Positions 49,259-63,234 are shown, numbered from the stretch's first letter. The stretch: DNA of 64,000 nt from Mizuhopecten yessoensis (GCF_002113885.1 NW_018479948.1:1-64000), one strand, 5' to 3'. Translations and numbers: made by a program. The notes: generated by a model not told the origin, from the sequence alone.

Positions 49259-52200
49259 AATGGAGAATGTTGCTTGTTTCACGACGGTTTTAGAGGTATG
49301 AAAATGTACGCGTAACCATTCCACTCAGAATACAAGTTACAACGTCGATCATTACACAATATCACCTAATGAATAATTGAAGTCGGTCATTTACCAAACG
49401 CTATACCCGGCGTTTCAGATATATTCATTAATATGCACAATATTGATCCAACAGAACTCCTATATGACAACCGGATACATGATGTGCACTAACCATAGCA
49501 ACCCGTCCACCACGTTGACATCTCTAGATCTAAATTATTACCACATGGTCGTACTTCAAATGTTTTGTCGCCAAATCTCACATTGAATTATATAAAGTAA
49601 CTCTTAAATTCCATATTCCTGACGATCTGCCATGATTCATTAATTACATTTGTTTCGTTAAATTACAAAATTCATTTGAAGATAATTTTCAATATTACTC
49701 CCCGGAAGCCTGCCCGTCAGATGTTTGATAATCTGGAAAATCTTATAGGAGAGAAGCGGTCTGTTAAATCATAATGACTAAGGATAAAACACACACACGT
49801 TCAATAACCTAGAACTATAGTGACTTTGTATGTCATTATAATAAGTATGCAAAGTACTGTCATAATGAATCCGACAATCAATACTGAAAATGATCCCACA
49901 ATGGTCAGGTGAGAACGTATAACATTTTCATATCGAAAAATGGCGATGCCTTTTAAATTTCTCTGCCATATTTCCATCGGGAACTGCTCTGGGTGCTCAC
50001 TGATCATCCACAGGTAATGGCGATCGATCCCCGCCCCAGTGTACTAACGTGATGAAATGTATTCTATTCCATATTGACAGTCAATAGAGAGGCTTGCGAG
50101 GTGGCTGCGGCTTATGTAGTGGTTAGGTTTATCAGCCATTTGGGAGTCGCTCATAAAACGATGTTTGACTTGTTGTTTTAATAGTCACTGTACTGAGGAT
50201 ATTATGAACTATGTTTATATGAATTAGAAGCCATATATCAATATGAACATTTTTATAATGTATTCATGTATTGAATACTAAGTAGCACATCCATAATACA
50301 ATCTTACCCGTAACCAGTGAATATTCTGCCATAAATGCTCTCTTCAATAACAACTTATTTAAAGGAAATAAAGAAAAACAATAAAATGAAGCGGGTGGGT
50401 TAAAATGTTCCTTTACATTTTGAATTTGCGGTCTTCTTCCTACTGATAGCAAAAGAATTCGAAACAACTTTAGCAGTGTCGCACCCGCTTTGGAATATAA
50501 AAAAAATATGAAAGTAAATAAATATTATCGTGACAAGTTTCAAAGGAGGCATATTATCAAGATTGTGTCATGTAGCTCATCTTAAATGGAAATCTCGCTT
50601 GGGATATATTATGGAGATGATATGTACAGAAGCGTGACAATTCTGACATTCCAACCGTCCCCTACCCTACGGTGTTAACATGCCGTAGTTGATTTGGCAT
50701 CCAAGAACTTCCTCCGAATGTCATGATTTCCGTGATAGGTGTCCACTGCGGATGGTCAAACTAATAACACAGGATTTTCGAAGATGCCGGTTAATGAAGG
50801 CCATGGACAAGTGGTCTCCGTCATTATCTCATCGGAAATCATGTTGTCCTTTGTGTAGTTATGACGGTCTTTCTCCTTGATTGTGTTTATTAGTGTGCTT
50901 TTTTATTTCGTGGTCATTGACCTAAATTTACACGACAGGTGTTGTCAATGGAGCAGAAGATAACATTCCGAAGCACGCGGTACAGTTCTTCATTCATTTG
51001 TTCATGTTCTGCCGTAGTTTAATAATCGATTTTGAGTTTGATTTTTTGTTTGAATTAGGGTGTTTTATTGACACGAAGGTAATCTCTTCTTCGTTTTTTC
51101 TCTAATAAAATAAATTATGTAGAGTCATTTGTTTAAAGACGAACATTAACAGTATTACAGTTGTGGTCAAACGGACGCTGACAATTTCGAGAGTTTTTTC
51201 AACAGATTTGATTGACTTTGGATATGTGAATTAGATCAGGCTATGCCTATATATGAACACCCTTTCCAAAACTATGTTTAGCAAAATTTTGGATGAGATA
51301 TATAATAATGCTAACGCCGGAGGTTTATTGGGTCGATGTAGCGTGGACGCGCGATGTTTTTTTTTAAATAGTACAAAGTCCCAAAAATATCATTGTACTG
51401 GTTCTACATATCATCAATGATGCTGCTTCACAAACCTTGTTAGAACCCACATGTTATTGTAGTAGAGCGATACAAAACCATAACAAGTAGTAGCCTTCTC
51501 ACGTCCACGGTTTATTTCAGGGTGGTTAGGCTAACAATTTAAATACATGTAGGTCTAACGAGGTTTGGTTATTTTTGTTTAGCGTCCTACGAGGTAGGTG
51601 AAGCATGTACAATGATCATTTTCAAAACCTATTGAAGATTTTAATGATATTTGAAGGAATACGGATTCATCGCATCCAAAAGAGAATGAATGCCATGTAT
51701 TATACCCTGCAACTACCAGGTCTAATATATATGACTAGTTCATTAAATCTGTTAATCAACTTTAATAGATTTCAAATCAAACTGCACATGGACACTGCAT
51801 TCCTTCTTTCCTAGTACTCCCCTAGTGTTTTAAAAACTTTGGTTGTTTAAAGAATGCAAGTTTTACAACAAGTTGACCTTAAGCAAAGGTTTAATCAGTT
51901 GAATTTGTTGTAACTAAAATAATGAAAGTTTTTTTTTTCAATTTCCAAAACGATTAAGAAAGTCAGCTTATCATACACGATTATCTACATAAAAAACGGT
52001 TCTAGATACTGCAACAATGGTTCTAGATACTGAACTTTCCATCTAGTGTCATCATTAAGTGCTACGCACTTTTTGAGTAAGTCAATATCAACCTGGTTAA
52101 TGTAAACAATATCTGTTTCATAAGGGTTGATACCAGGTAATCATAGTTACATACGCTACACAGATATACTGGCAACCGAGACAGGGCGAGTCAGGACAAT

Positions 52201-52477
52201 CACTACTGTCACACACCAGTGACAAATGGTCCGTTACAGAATCAACAAATCATCACTGCATAATGTCAATTATGTTTGGATTGTCAAAGCTGATGCAAAA
52301 GTTCAATCCTGTTTATACCATCATATAATGAATAAAAAGAATGGTCATACTATGTCCCAGATGAAAACAAAACAAATGTGACGAGCAAGTCGACACTGAG
52401 ATTGTAATGTAATAACCTCGCCATTAAGAAGGATTGCAGTTTTTATAATGGCCAGTCAGGTGTGTGCTTCCTTGATG

Positions 52478-55400
52478 TCACATGGCAACATCATTGGCGT
52501 CATATGGGCGTGGCTGCCTCTCTCTGACAGGCTTGTAGACAGCAACAGCGACCACGACGTATAGCACAAACAGACAGAGCGACACGCCAACAGTCAGGCC
52601 TGCAGGATAGAGCACAGCGCATGTTAAATAAGAAGCATATAGGTTGGTTTTCTGCGACAATGTCGCGGAGTGTAAATCAATACAAAGAGTATACATAAAT
52701 AAATAGTTAGATACATATTTAGTTCAATGAATAAATGAACAATCCACTGTCATATTATGTTTTGAAATAAAAAGGTGAAAAACCCCTAAAAAATATAAAA
52801 CATGGAATTGACGTTTTCGACTTTAGTTTTGTCTGAACATATATAATGCCACTATAACGTTATATACAGTCCTTTCTGTATTTAATGTACATGGTTTGGA
52901 CACTATTCAGAGATCTACTGGCTGTAGCAGTCTTCAATATATATTAGATCCACTGTCTTGTGTTAATATAGGTTACATACGCCAAACCTTCCTTTCATTC
53001 TTAGGTGGGACGTCCAAGAGTCTTTAAACGGTACTTGTATTTGGACGTCAGATATTTGCCCTACCTCCACAGAAAATTGCAATGTGTAAGCGTACGCTGG
53101 AGGTTTTGTATGTGTTAAGTTATTGGTCCATAATTCAAACGGCTCGTTGACTCTGAATACTATAAATACTATCACACGTCTGTAATACCCAAGCATGACT
53201 ATTACATGTGTGACATTAGTACACCACTATAGCAAGTGGAGTGAGCAACACCACTATAGCAAGTGGAGTGAGCAACAAGGTTAGATGTCGTGTTCATTGA
53301 CAAAACCACATCCCGTGGTCTGCGGAATTCGAACCTAGCACCTCGTGGTTAACAGATTGATGCTCTACCAACAACTCTATACGACTCATATGTGTACACC
53401 ATAAATCGTGTTAATGATTAGCATGCAATGCTTTGAATGGTACGAAGGGGCACAAAACTCAAATCTACTGTATTTCTAGCTTAAATATGACTAAAATGCC
53501 TGAAAATCGAGCAATAAAAATGGCCGCAACAACCGAACTTATGTATGCTTGCATATATATTTTGACTTAAAAAGGTAAAGTTAGATTGTATTGTGTATTT
53601 GCATGTTTTTGTACATTTGTATATGTGTGGGAAACCCAATGCTAACTGAAGTTTGGAAATAAAAGATGTCGAAAATCTTTGATATCGTTATCTACAGTCA
53701 ATCGTCATAAGGACAGAGTGCACATATGAATTATATTCAAGTCATCTCGCCTTAATGCACTTCATACTTACTTTCCTGTAACTGCAGGGTTGGTTGGGTA
53801 ACCCTTCGTACAACTATGAGTTGATCTCACGAGAAGCTTTCGGTAACAAAGAGAGTGACCGCGGCACCAACTTAACAACCAATTGTATCCATCCTCTTCC
53901 GGTCAATGGAACAAAATCAGGATATAGTACATAGAAATTGCGTTTAGTTTCGGACACTAACTTTGATAGTTTTAACGACTTATTTGAATTGTACTGCGTT
54001 TGATGCTGGTAGAAACGTTCTTTGTGCAACACATTAACACCCTACAGGAAACCTTGGCACCTTCATTGACACATGCATCTGCCAGATATGTTTCTCTTAT
54101 TTTTCGCTCCAGTGAGAGGACCCTTGCCGATGCCAATAAGGAAAGTGTATTGTTGCTTGAGCGCCACTGCTAGGTTGTTTTATTTGTTTGATTGCTGAAC
54201 TGTGACGCACTATTGCAGCCAGTGACGTTTACTTGATAAAGCAAATTTCATGCATTTGGAAATTTTGCACTGCATCGACGCTTATATGGAAACAAGAGTT
54301 GTGTCGTGCCGCTGTGTAATACGGACATGAGTCTTCTACTTCGCATTATTTGGCACAAAATGGCATGAACCCATCTCTTCACAAATGCTTGGACGTCGAG
54401 GACTCAAAAGAACTTCCAAGTACATAGAATTAACAATACTTTCCTTTCTTACCGTCACTGGCTGCAATAGCGCGTCTCAGTTCAGTGACCAAAGTGATAA
54501 AACAGCTTGACAGGTGTTTGTCAACATAACACTGATCTTCATTGACATGTCAATGGCTTCTCTATATATCGACAGAGAAACACACCTGTTAGAGGTATGG
54601 CATACTGAAATATGATACAAACAGTGTATATTTTACAATAGAAAATAGACTTTGTCACCGATTTCAGATGTAGCAAAGTGTATAAATCATGCGTCCATAT
54701 ACTTTCAAGTAATGGTAAGAAACCACGCACACTTACCACATCCTGATCTTCCTCCAGTGACCGAAATGGGATATAGATCCATGTTCACTAAGTGTCACGG
54801 ATACTTTTATTTTGTCATCTATATCGGTAACTTACGAGGATATCATATGGATATACGATAGGGTACCTTAACCAACACTGCACCAGTAGAGTCATGTACC
54901 TGCAGGAATCATACCAACAACTGCCGGAACTCTGCTGTTGACTTTACTTATGCCAATGTATGCAAATCTAGTCTACCTTTTCACAACGAAGAAGGACTGA
55001 ATATGCGATTTGAATGCAAATCGGTTAGTTAAAATGTATCTAAATACACAACAACTTTTGCAACACATATATATATATATAAGTCTGAAGTAAACTCATC
55101 AACTATTATTTCAAAACTGAAGAATCTTGTTATAGTAATACAAGCAATTTTCAGACCATGACATACAGCGTTCTGTATTGCACATGTGCAATACGGAATG
55201 TTGTATTTACCTACTAGCCGGAACTTTTATGAGAATCCCCTTGTCATGGTGAACTGAGAAGTTCCCGGTATTTGCAAAAAAAATATCAAAGTTTATGAAA
55301 TCTTTGTATCGATCTCTACCTCATGTATGAGGAATATAAATCCAAGACCACGCACTTGTGTGTTTTTCTAACGAATCAGAAAGCACTCATTTATTCGTCC

Positions 55401-57349
55401 GCGCAATAAATGAGTGCTTTCTGATTCGTTAGAAAAACACAAGTGTGTGGTCTTGCATTTATATTCCTCATACATGAAACCCTACAAAAGCCCACTTTAT
55501 TCAATTTTCTACCTTGTTTTGTTAAAAGGATATTCAAAAATACATATACATATCAACCCGATGGTGGTGGCAGCCATCTTGTATTTCAGACATTTTCGGG
55601 CATTATCGTCCATTTCTGATCTAGCTATACAGCAGTGTTAGGCACTCCTCCATATCCCTAACAATTTAATGAACACGTGATTTCCTGGTCACATATCGCA
55701 GCTGTTAGGGCCAATGACCATCAGAACACATGCAGCCTCGAGCTCCAGCCCATATTCACACAAAAGTGGAGGTAGACCCTTGGTACGTGGTCAGGTGGCG
55801 CAGTGGATAGCGCACTCGCCTTTTACCAAGTCGGCTGGTGTTCGATTCCCCAATCGGAGGTTACCTGTCCGACTACGGGGGTTAACTCCGGGTACTCCGG
55901 TTTCTTCCCACATTTAGACCCCTGCGCGCTAACTTACGGGCCAACAAAAGTGACTAATATAAGTTGGAAAATGTTTTTTTTTATATAATTGTTGTAAAAT
56001 AAATAAAGTATATCTTATTCAGTATATGAACCCTGTCTGAGAAAAAAGATGTATTTAATCAAATAAAAGCACTGGACAGCGGTTCCTAAATATAAATAAT
56101 AACAATACAGCCAGTATTCCAATAAATCCTTACTGAGTACACAAGATATGACCGCAGATATACTATAAAGTATTTATTTTGATACTTTGTTACTATTTTT
56201 TTGCAATATATGTTTTGAGATTCAAAGCACATTTCATATATGTTTCTACCAAGCTTGTTAAGCCAAAATTACATATTAATTTGTTACTATTTTGCAATAT
56301 ATGATATGAGGATCAAATCACATTTCATGTATGTTTCTACCAAGCTTGTTAAGCCAAAATTACATTTCAGTCCGGTGGTGACAGCCATTTTAGATTTTAT
56401 ATCAGAGCTTATATTAACTTAATTAATACCTCGACTAAGTTATGCACATTTTAGACATTTTGAAAATACTTGGTTAAAACTCATACAAATAATAACTTTT
56501 TTGGTCAAAATCGTGGACTGACATTTTTCGGTCAGTAATGACTTGAGTAGAGGTTTTCATCAGCAGTACTAATTTTTGACAGTTTTCAATACATATCATA
56601 ACCAAAGTGGCATTGTTAGTTTGTGGTGCTCAACCACACAAAAGGGAATGCTATCAGCTTTTAAGTTTCGTTTAGATTATTTTAAATGTGAGAAATAGTA
56701 ATATTGTTCTTTTTCTCTCTCTTGAAATAGCTTCAAATCAGACCTGCTGGCCTACTATGAAAACAACGTATTTGTCATTTTTGTAATTTCACTACTCATA
56801 TGCACTTACTATACAATTGTGTTTCAATGAATTAAACACAAACAAATTAGCTATTGAGGGTAATAAAAACTTCTCTTTTAAAACTCAACAATTTTAATTA
56901 AAGCCAATACAATTTCTTCAACTAATGCTTTTGAGCAAAAGTGCTTTCGTGTCATACTGAAAGTTGACAGTTTTCACTGCATTGACTGCGGTGCAACATG
57001 ATATATATTTATTACACTCAAAACTTTGCCAAATATTTAGCATTCATTATAACTGGCTAGCTAGTTTGATAGCCAAATATATGTGATTTTTTTTTATATC
57101 GTAGCAGTGTAACAAAAATATTACCACACCACATACTGCAGTCAAACTAACAGGGCAATATTGTAGTTAGATATGAAACTATTATTGTACTACGTACGTG
57201 CGTACGGGCTTTGATAGATATACTATCGTATGGCAGTTCAAAAATATGTAAACGACACTGTTAACGTTAATAGTAAACACGTCAGGAACATTTGTAACTT
57301 TACCAATTTTCTGATTCTTCAGAACGGCATAAGGATCCCCAAGTTCCAT
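52478..57349 (-). CDS. Candidate 55-aa single-pass membrane microprotein with two possible first coding exons
   Basis: The terminal exon is 52599-52478 (tcctgcag|GC, phase 1; LTVGVSLCLFVLYVVVAVAVYKPVRERQPRPYDANDVAM*). Two 46-nt phase-1 exons could precede it: 57349-57304 (MELGDPYAVLKNQKI G|gtaaag) and 54782-54737 (MDLYPISVTGGRSGC G|gtaagt). Confidence 0.5.
53235..53375 (-). mobile_element. Degenerate tRNA-derived CORE-like SINE fragment
   Basis: The reverse strand shows ggtagagcatc..ggttcgaattcc (A/B-box-like), then ttgctcactccac. Confidence 0.5.
54170..54510. mobile_element. MITE-like element with imperfect inverted ends
   Basis: gctgaactgtgacgcactattgcagccagtgacg (54194) pairs with cgtcactggctgcaatagcgcgtctcagttcag (54453). 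Confidence 0.65.
55321..55477. repeat. Near-perfect ~157-bp palindrome (hairpin)
   Basis: ~75-bp arms tcatgtatgaggaatataaat..aagcactcatttatt and aataaatgagtgctt..atttatattcctcatacatga around a short loop. Confidence 0.9.
55789..55990 (+). mobile_element. tRNA-derived V-domain-like SINE
   Basis: A-box ggtggcgcagtgg, B-box-like gttcgattccc, core ctccgggtactccggtttcttcccac. Same family as 6760-6950. Confidence 0.75.
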
Positions 57350-57465
57350 TCCATGTGATCCCGATTTCACATTCAGATTCGTACCGCCACGCCCACCTTT
57401 CCAAATTTAATATCAACCAATCAGATTTCAGATTGATATTTTCTGCAAATCTGAAACATGGCGGA
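57350..57465. promoter_or_regulatory. Compact putative (bidirectional) promoter upstream of NSRP1
   Basis: GC-box/KLF-like ccacgccc near 57387, CCAAT near 57417, and a YY1-like aacatggcgg overlapping the NSRP1 ATG. Confidence 0.45.
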
Positions 57466-60400
57466 CACAAACAAAAAGTAAGCACCTGTATTATACCATA
57501 TTTGTTGTGGTACAGTTTATGGTGTTCTTTGTCACAGGAGTATATTTATCCGAAAGTTTACAATGTTTTGTTTATTTCTTTATGGAAAAATACAATGATC
57601 ATCATATTGTTGGGTTCTAAATCACACTGATCCACATAGTATTTTCTTGATTTCGTCCGCTGTTCGTTTTGGTGTCGGGTGTTGCGTGGCTTGTTGTTGA
57701 ACTGCACTGTAATTTACTGGTGTCTCCTCTGCCTACACCACTGCATCTAAGACACATTGTACTCAGGTTTAACATTTGAAGAACTGTACATGATTGCTTC
57801 GTCTCATACAAATTGATGATAGTGTTTATATTTTTGTTTAGTATTATCAGGTTATACATGTACAGCTGTTACAGAAAGATCAGATGTTACTGAATCCTTT
57901 GATTTCAAAGGTTTTTATTCATTTCAGGTATGGTTTGTTCCTCCCGAAGAACAAGAAATCAGCTGTGAAGACTACAAACGTTTTTGATGATGACAGTGAT
58001 GATGTGAGCTTTGTTTAATACCAAGTGTAATAGGGTTGAGATCGTACCAGTCAGTTATTGCCCATTTTGATCATGATAAACCAAGCCAGCTTGTTTCTTG
58101 GTTTACAAAACAAGCAATGTTATAGCTGCACCATATATAGACGCCATCTTCCTGATATATATGGGAATATGTTTAACATTTAATATCCAATGTATTATAT
58201 AATACCTGTCTTACTTTCAATATCTGAATTCTCCTTTAACATGCATCATGTTCATACAGATATTTTTTATGACGTTCATTTTCCACTTACACGAGTTACA
58301 TATCTGTGTTTATACTGACTGGTGACTTTATTTCAGGACTTGCCAGGTATGGCTAGGGTCAATGCCACAATCAACAAAGAGGCACAGAAGTCAAAGGTTA
58401 AGAGACAGGTATGATAAACAGTTAAACACATATTCAATTCCATTTTACTTAAGAATTGTGTAAATCACGTATATTTTGCAAAAAATGTTACTGTATCGTG
58501 CTTCAGACATTTCATCAGTGAGAATTGGAATTTTAATTAAGATATCAGTGTATACATATTATTATCCTTTATTAAGTTAGCAGGATGCGCTTGGATAAGT
58601 AATTAGCCTAAAAATCTCATTAAAATGGTTCAGAGTGCAGTTATATTAAGCATTAGATATCATAGTTGTATAATTGTTGTACACATTCTATCAAATGATC
58701 CAGCTGTGTTGGTGAAGGCGATTTGAATTGTGATGACAATGTCACTTCAGAGTTCAATCATTTTTCTATATTGTTATATTTTTTAATAAAAGATATACAT
58801 ATACTCAGCAGAAGCTGACTAGACATGGTATTATATACATGTAAAGCATTGGTCAATAACATCAATTATTATATGACTGGTGCTAATTCCCAGCCCTGAT
58901 TGGAGGAGTGACGTCACATGACGAGTCTGTAAATATGTTACATACCTCGTTCTATAAATAGAAAAGTGTTACAGACCTGGACCTAGAAATAGAAAAGTGT
59001 TACAGACTGCTGCTAAAAATAGGCCGAGGTAATTTCCCAGCCAGTCTGTAAATCTGTTACCATTCACAATACTGAATTCAAATACAAATGCATTATCTCA
59101 TCAACTTCTGAACTGTTAATATTGATGATGTCAATTGTTCAAATAATATTTACTTGAAATTAAATATCACATGCATTGAATCTGAAATTCAGTTTTTGTG
59201 TATGTTATTTTGTATTTGAAGTCCTATACTCTGTGATTCCAAAATGGTCCATGCCATCCATGTACTTATGCCATGAACAATTATTAATCTTATCGTAAAA
59301 TGTCATATAATAAAACAATTGTGGACTTCAGTTTCGGTCTATCCCTGATTTACGGACCTGGTCTGAACAATATTCACCTCGGCCTTCGGCCTCTGTGAAT
59401 ATTGTTCAGACCAGGTGGTAAATCAGGGATAGACCTCACCTGAAGTCCATAATTGTATACCATTACATTTTGATAGGACACAATAAACATATAATGTTAT
59501 TAAATGATATTTCCAGACCCAGTTAGCCATAGATCAGGCTATGGAGCAAGACCCTAACGTCTACGAGTACGACAAGATCTATGATTCCATGCAGAACACA
59601 AAAGCAGCAACTGAAGAGGCTGCCAAGGCCAAAAAGGATAACAAGGTCAGGGGTCAACCAGAGAACAGAATATATATTTAGGGTCTCTTCATATTACCCT
59701 CTGTTGGTCCTAGGTGGTAAACAGAGCAATGTTAAATATGACAGTATTATAGTCTATTGACATTGTGATCAGTGAATGTTTTCACTATACACTTTCATAA
59801 CACAGAAATATGAAGTTTAATACTGTAGTCTACACATGTATTGCTGAAGTATATAAATTACTTATTACTATACATATTTCCTTTAAAATGACACAAATCT
59901 GATGATGATCGGTGTGTTTTCTTTATTTGATATTCAAATGTTATTTGAAATTATTGAAATACTTATATTGTGAAATATTTGTCAGTTTCATATTTAAATC
60001 AATAAAGTGTGCATAATATGTCGGTGTATATATTAGCAGGTTTTATGATCTTGTATACATTTCACATTGTTAAATGCATGTATTTGTAAATTTGTTTTAA
60101 AAATCATTTTAGCCGAAGTATATCACTAACTTAATGAAGGCTGCAGAGAAACGCAAGCTTGAGCAGGAAAAGGTTCAGGAGAAAAAGATACAGAAGGAGA
60201 GAGAGACAGAAGGAGGGGAGTTTGACGACAAGGAAGTATTTGTCACGGGCAAGTACAAAGAGAAGCTGCAAGAAATGGAGAAAGAAGCAGAAAGGGAAAG
60301 GAGAGAAGCGGCCATGGAAGGTTAGTATAATGTACAGGCATGACATATACTCAAACTTAGCAGTAGCATCATCATCTCCAAGTTTGGTGGGGCTATGACA

Positions 60401-62830
60401 GCTGGTTTGAGAGGATAGAGTGTTTTACTTTTACTATTAAGACTCCCTGGGCAAATCTTCTTTAAGTTGTCATTGAGTTAAAGAATTAGTCTGTTAGCAA
60501 CTGATATTAGAAAAGTTAAGTATATCAATTATATCCTAGGAAAAAACTTAATAAGTATTAGATTCAAAAGTTGCCCTTCCCTTAACAATAAACATGCATG
60601 TACAATTATAATTTCAAAATCTAAATCTATGTTGTACAGTCTCATTCTTAAAATATTTAACATTACATTTTACAAATACAAAAATGTCAGTTTTCATGCA
60701 ATAATCATACAACATGTAGCAATGTAAATGAATTGTTTTCTTTTAAAGGGAAGTAACTCATTGCAAAGTAATTTTAACGCCGTCCTAACTCATTGCAAAG
60801 TAATTTTAACGCCGTCCTAACTGTCACTGTGTAACAGCTATATTTTTGGGGGGTTTGTTTTCACTATGATTTTAAACATTAATTGTAAACTCCTGCAAGT
60901 GTTTTGCCAGTATGAACACAATAATAAAATCAAGAGAATTAAGTGATGTAGCCCAAGATAAGTAAAAACTACCTCACTGCACCTTGTGTTTGATCTACGT
61001 TCAACATTGCTGAAGTTTTTCACTGCGATGTTAAAGAGCTCTACATTAACCAGTTTTTATCCTCCCACAGAACTGCTGGATGTGAAGAAACAGAAGGATA
61101 TGAGCGGGTTTTACCGTTATTTACTGAATGAGAAAACAGGAGAAAGCATCCACAATGGGACAGAGTACGTACACTAAAGTTGACTGATGACGGTAGTGCA
61201 ATTGTGGAGCAATTAACTAATCGGCTTCTGCTATTGTCATTATAGTTGTCAGGAAGAAGTTAAGTTATAGTTCACAATTATAAATATCTTTAAATCACAA
61301 ATCATTTTTAGCTCACCTGGCCCCTTCGGGCCAGGTGAGCTTATCCCATGGTGCAGCGTCCGGCGTCCGTCAACTTTTTCCATTAAAATGCTACTTGTCC
61401 TGAATGGCTCAGAGGATTTTGACCAAATTTGGTCAGGAGCATCATTGGCCAAAGGGTTCTCAGTTTTGTATAAACGGAGGGTATAACCCCCCTGGGGGCA
61501 GAGGGGCGGGGCCAAATAGGGGGAAAATAGGTAAATCTTTAAAAATCTTCTTCTTCTCAACCAATAGAAGGATTTTGACCAAATTTGTCCTAGAGCATCT
61601 TTGGACAAAGGAGACTCAAGTTTGTATAAACGGAGGGTGTGGCCCCTCTGGGGGCGGAGGGGCGGGGCCCAATAGGGGAAATAGAGGATTTTTTTTCTCC
61701 TGCTATACAAGTGAAGGGATTTTAACCAAATGCAGTCTGAAGCATGATTAGGGACAAAAGAATCAATTTTGTATAAACTGAGGTGTGTGGGCCTCCTTCT
61801 AAGGGCAGATGGGTGGGGCCCATTAGGGGAAATAGAGGAAAACATCAAATATCCTTCTCCTTTTGTACCGATGAAGGGATTTTGACCAAATTTGGTCTGG
61901 AGCATCATTGGCCAAAGGGTTCTCAGTTTTGTATGAACGGAGGGTATGGTCCCCCTGGGGGCAGAGGGACGGGGCCAAATAGGGGAAAATAGGTAAATCT
62001 TTAAAAATCTTCTCCTCAACCAATTGAAGGATTTTGACCAAATTTGTCCTAGAGCATCTTTGGACAAAGGAGACTCAAGTTTGTATAAACGGAGGGTGTG
62101 GGCCTTCTGGCGGCATAGGAGCGGGGCCCAATAGGGGAAATAGAGGATTTTTTTTCTCCTACTATACAAGTGAAGGGATTTAAACCAAATGCAGTCTGAA
62201 GCATGCTTAGGGAGAAAAGAATCAATTTTGTTTAAACTGAGGTGTGTGGATTCCCCTTCTTTGGGGCAGATTAGTGGGGCCCATTAGGGGAAATAGAGGA
62301 AAACATTAAAGATCCTTCTCCTTCTGTACCGTTGAAGGGATTTTAACCTAACCAAACTTGTTTTAGAGAATCTTTGGGCAAAGGGAATTGAATATTTATA
62401 AATGGAAGATGCAACTTTGTTACTTGTACTCCTTTGATAAACCTGAATGGTACTCAGCAGGTTTTAAATTGAAAAATAAAATACTAGGTGAGCTATTAAG
62501 GCCCCTGGGCCTCTTGTTAAATGATTACTGTGCCAATTGAAAGTATAGATCTATGAAGTGCAATAGATCTCAAAACTTTACCATTAGAAATTTCAATAGA
62601 TCTCAAAAAATGTCATGCTGTGTAGGGTGTGATAATTGTGAATTATAAACAAATACTAGATCATTTAAATTAGTTACCTGGCATATGAATAACCACTGTA
62701 TTATTTGTAATTATATATATTTATTTATTCCATAATGTTACTGTTATGATCTTTTCAGTGTGAAAACAGAACCTGAAACTGAAGTAGACACTAGTCGCGT
62801 GAAAACAGAACCGGAATCACCTGAAAAAAG
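57458..62830 (+). CDS. NSRP1: Nuclear speckle splicing regulatory protein 1 (CCDC55; DUF2040 domain), first 7 coding exons, 3'-incomplete
   Basis: Exons: 57458-57477, 57928-58003, 58337-58408, 59517-59645, 60113-60320, 61071-61164, 62759-62830, with consistent phases. Motifs: KYGLFLP..VFDDDSDD; AMEQDPNVYEYDKIYDSM; KPKYITNLMKAAEKRKLEQE..EREtEGGEFDDKEVFVTGKYKEKL; DVKKQKDMSGFYRYLLN. Confidence 0.93.
59315..59456. repeat. ~140-bp palindrome, probably a transposon terminal hairpin, in NSRP1 intron 3
   Basis: ggtctatccctgattta..gaacaatattcac pairs with gtgaatattgttc..taaatcagggatagacc around ggccttcggcc. Confidence 0.85.
61305..62518 (+). mobile_element. Helentron-associated non-autonomous element (HINE / pearl / DINE-1-like) with internal tandem repeats, in NSRP1 intron 6
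   Basis: The 5' end is tttttagctcacctgg..ccaggtgagc followed by a (cgtc)-type microsatellite. The core is ~160-bp subunits arranged as ~480-bp higher-order units. The 3' end is aggtgagc plus the hairpin aggcccctgggcct followed by cttgtt. Confidence 0.85.
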
Positions 62831-63234
62831 GTAATGCTGTATAGTGTTTGATAATTGTGTTATTACTGTAATGACCTAGACACTGTACCCTGACTGTGAA
62901 CTACTATTTTGTAAACCAGTAAAAAAAAAAAAAAGCCTCCAAGTTTTGACTCAAAGTGATTCAAGTAGGGGGCTTGAGTGGTCTCCCCTTATTGAACTTC
63001 ATGTAGATTTGTAACATGACATAGCAGAGTAAGAGTGCTCTCCCTTACATTCTTACCAACAGTGGTAGTAATGTATGTTGTATGACGTCACAGAGTAACA
63101 GTTATCTCCCCTACATTTTGAGACAAATAAACCACTAATATTTGGATTAGTTCCAGGTTCTGGCCCCACATTTTGGGACTTATTCCCCAAATCATATAAT
63201 GGAAACTGTCAAGATCCTTACTCCATAAAGATAT

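Noticed and set aside
48668-49324. ORF-track ends for the Kv T1 exon (GTG start at 49324, stop at 48668)
   Set aside because: The first in-frame ATG is at 49258, and a consensus GTAAGT donor at 48793 splices in phase to the S1-S6 exon. The two ORFs are one gene.
61249-62169. 306-aa minus-strand ORF
   Set aside because: It lies in the internal tandem repeats of a non-autonomous HINE and has no protein motif.
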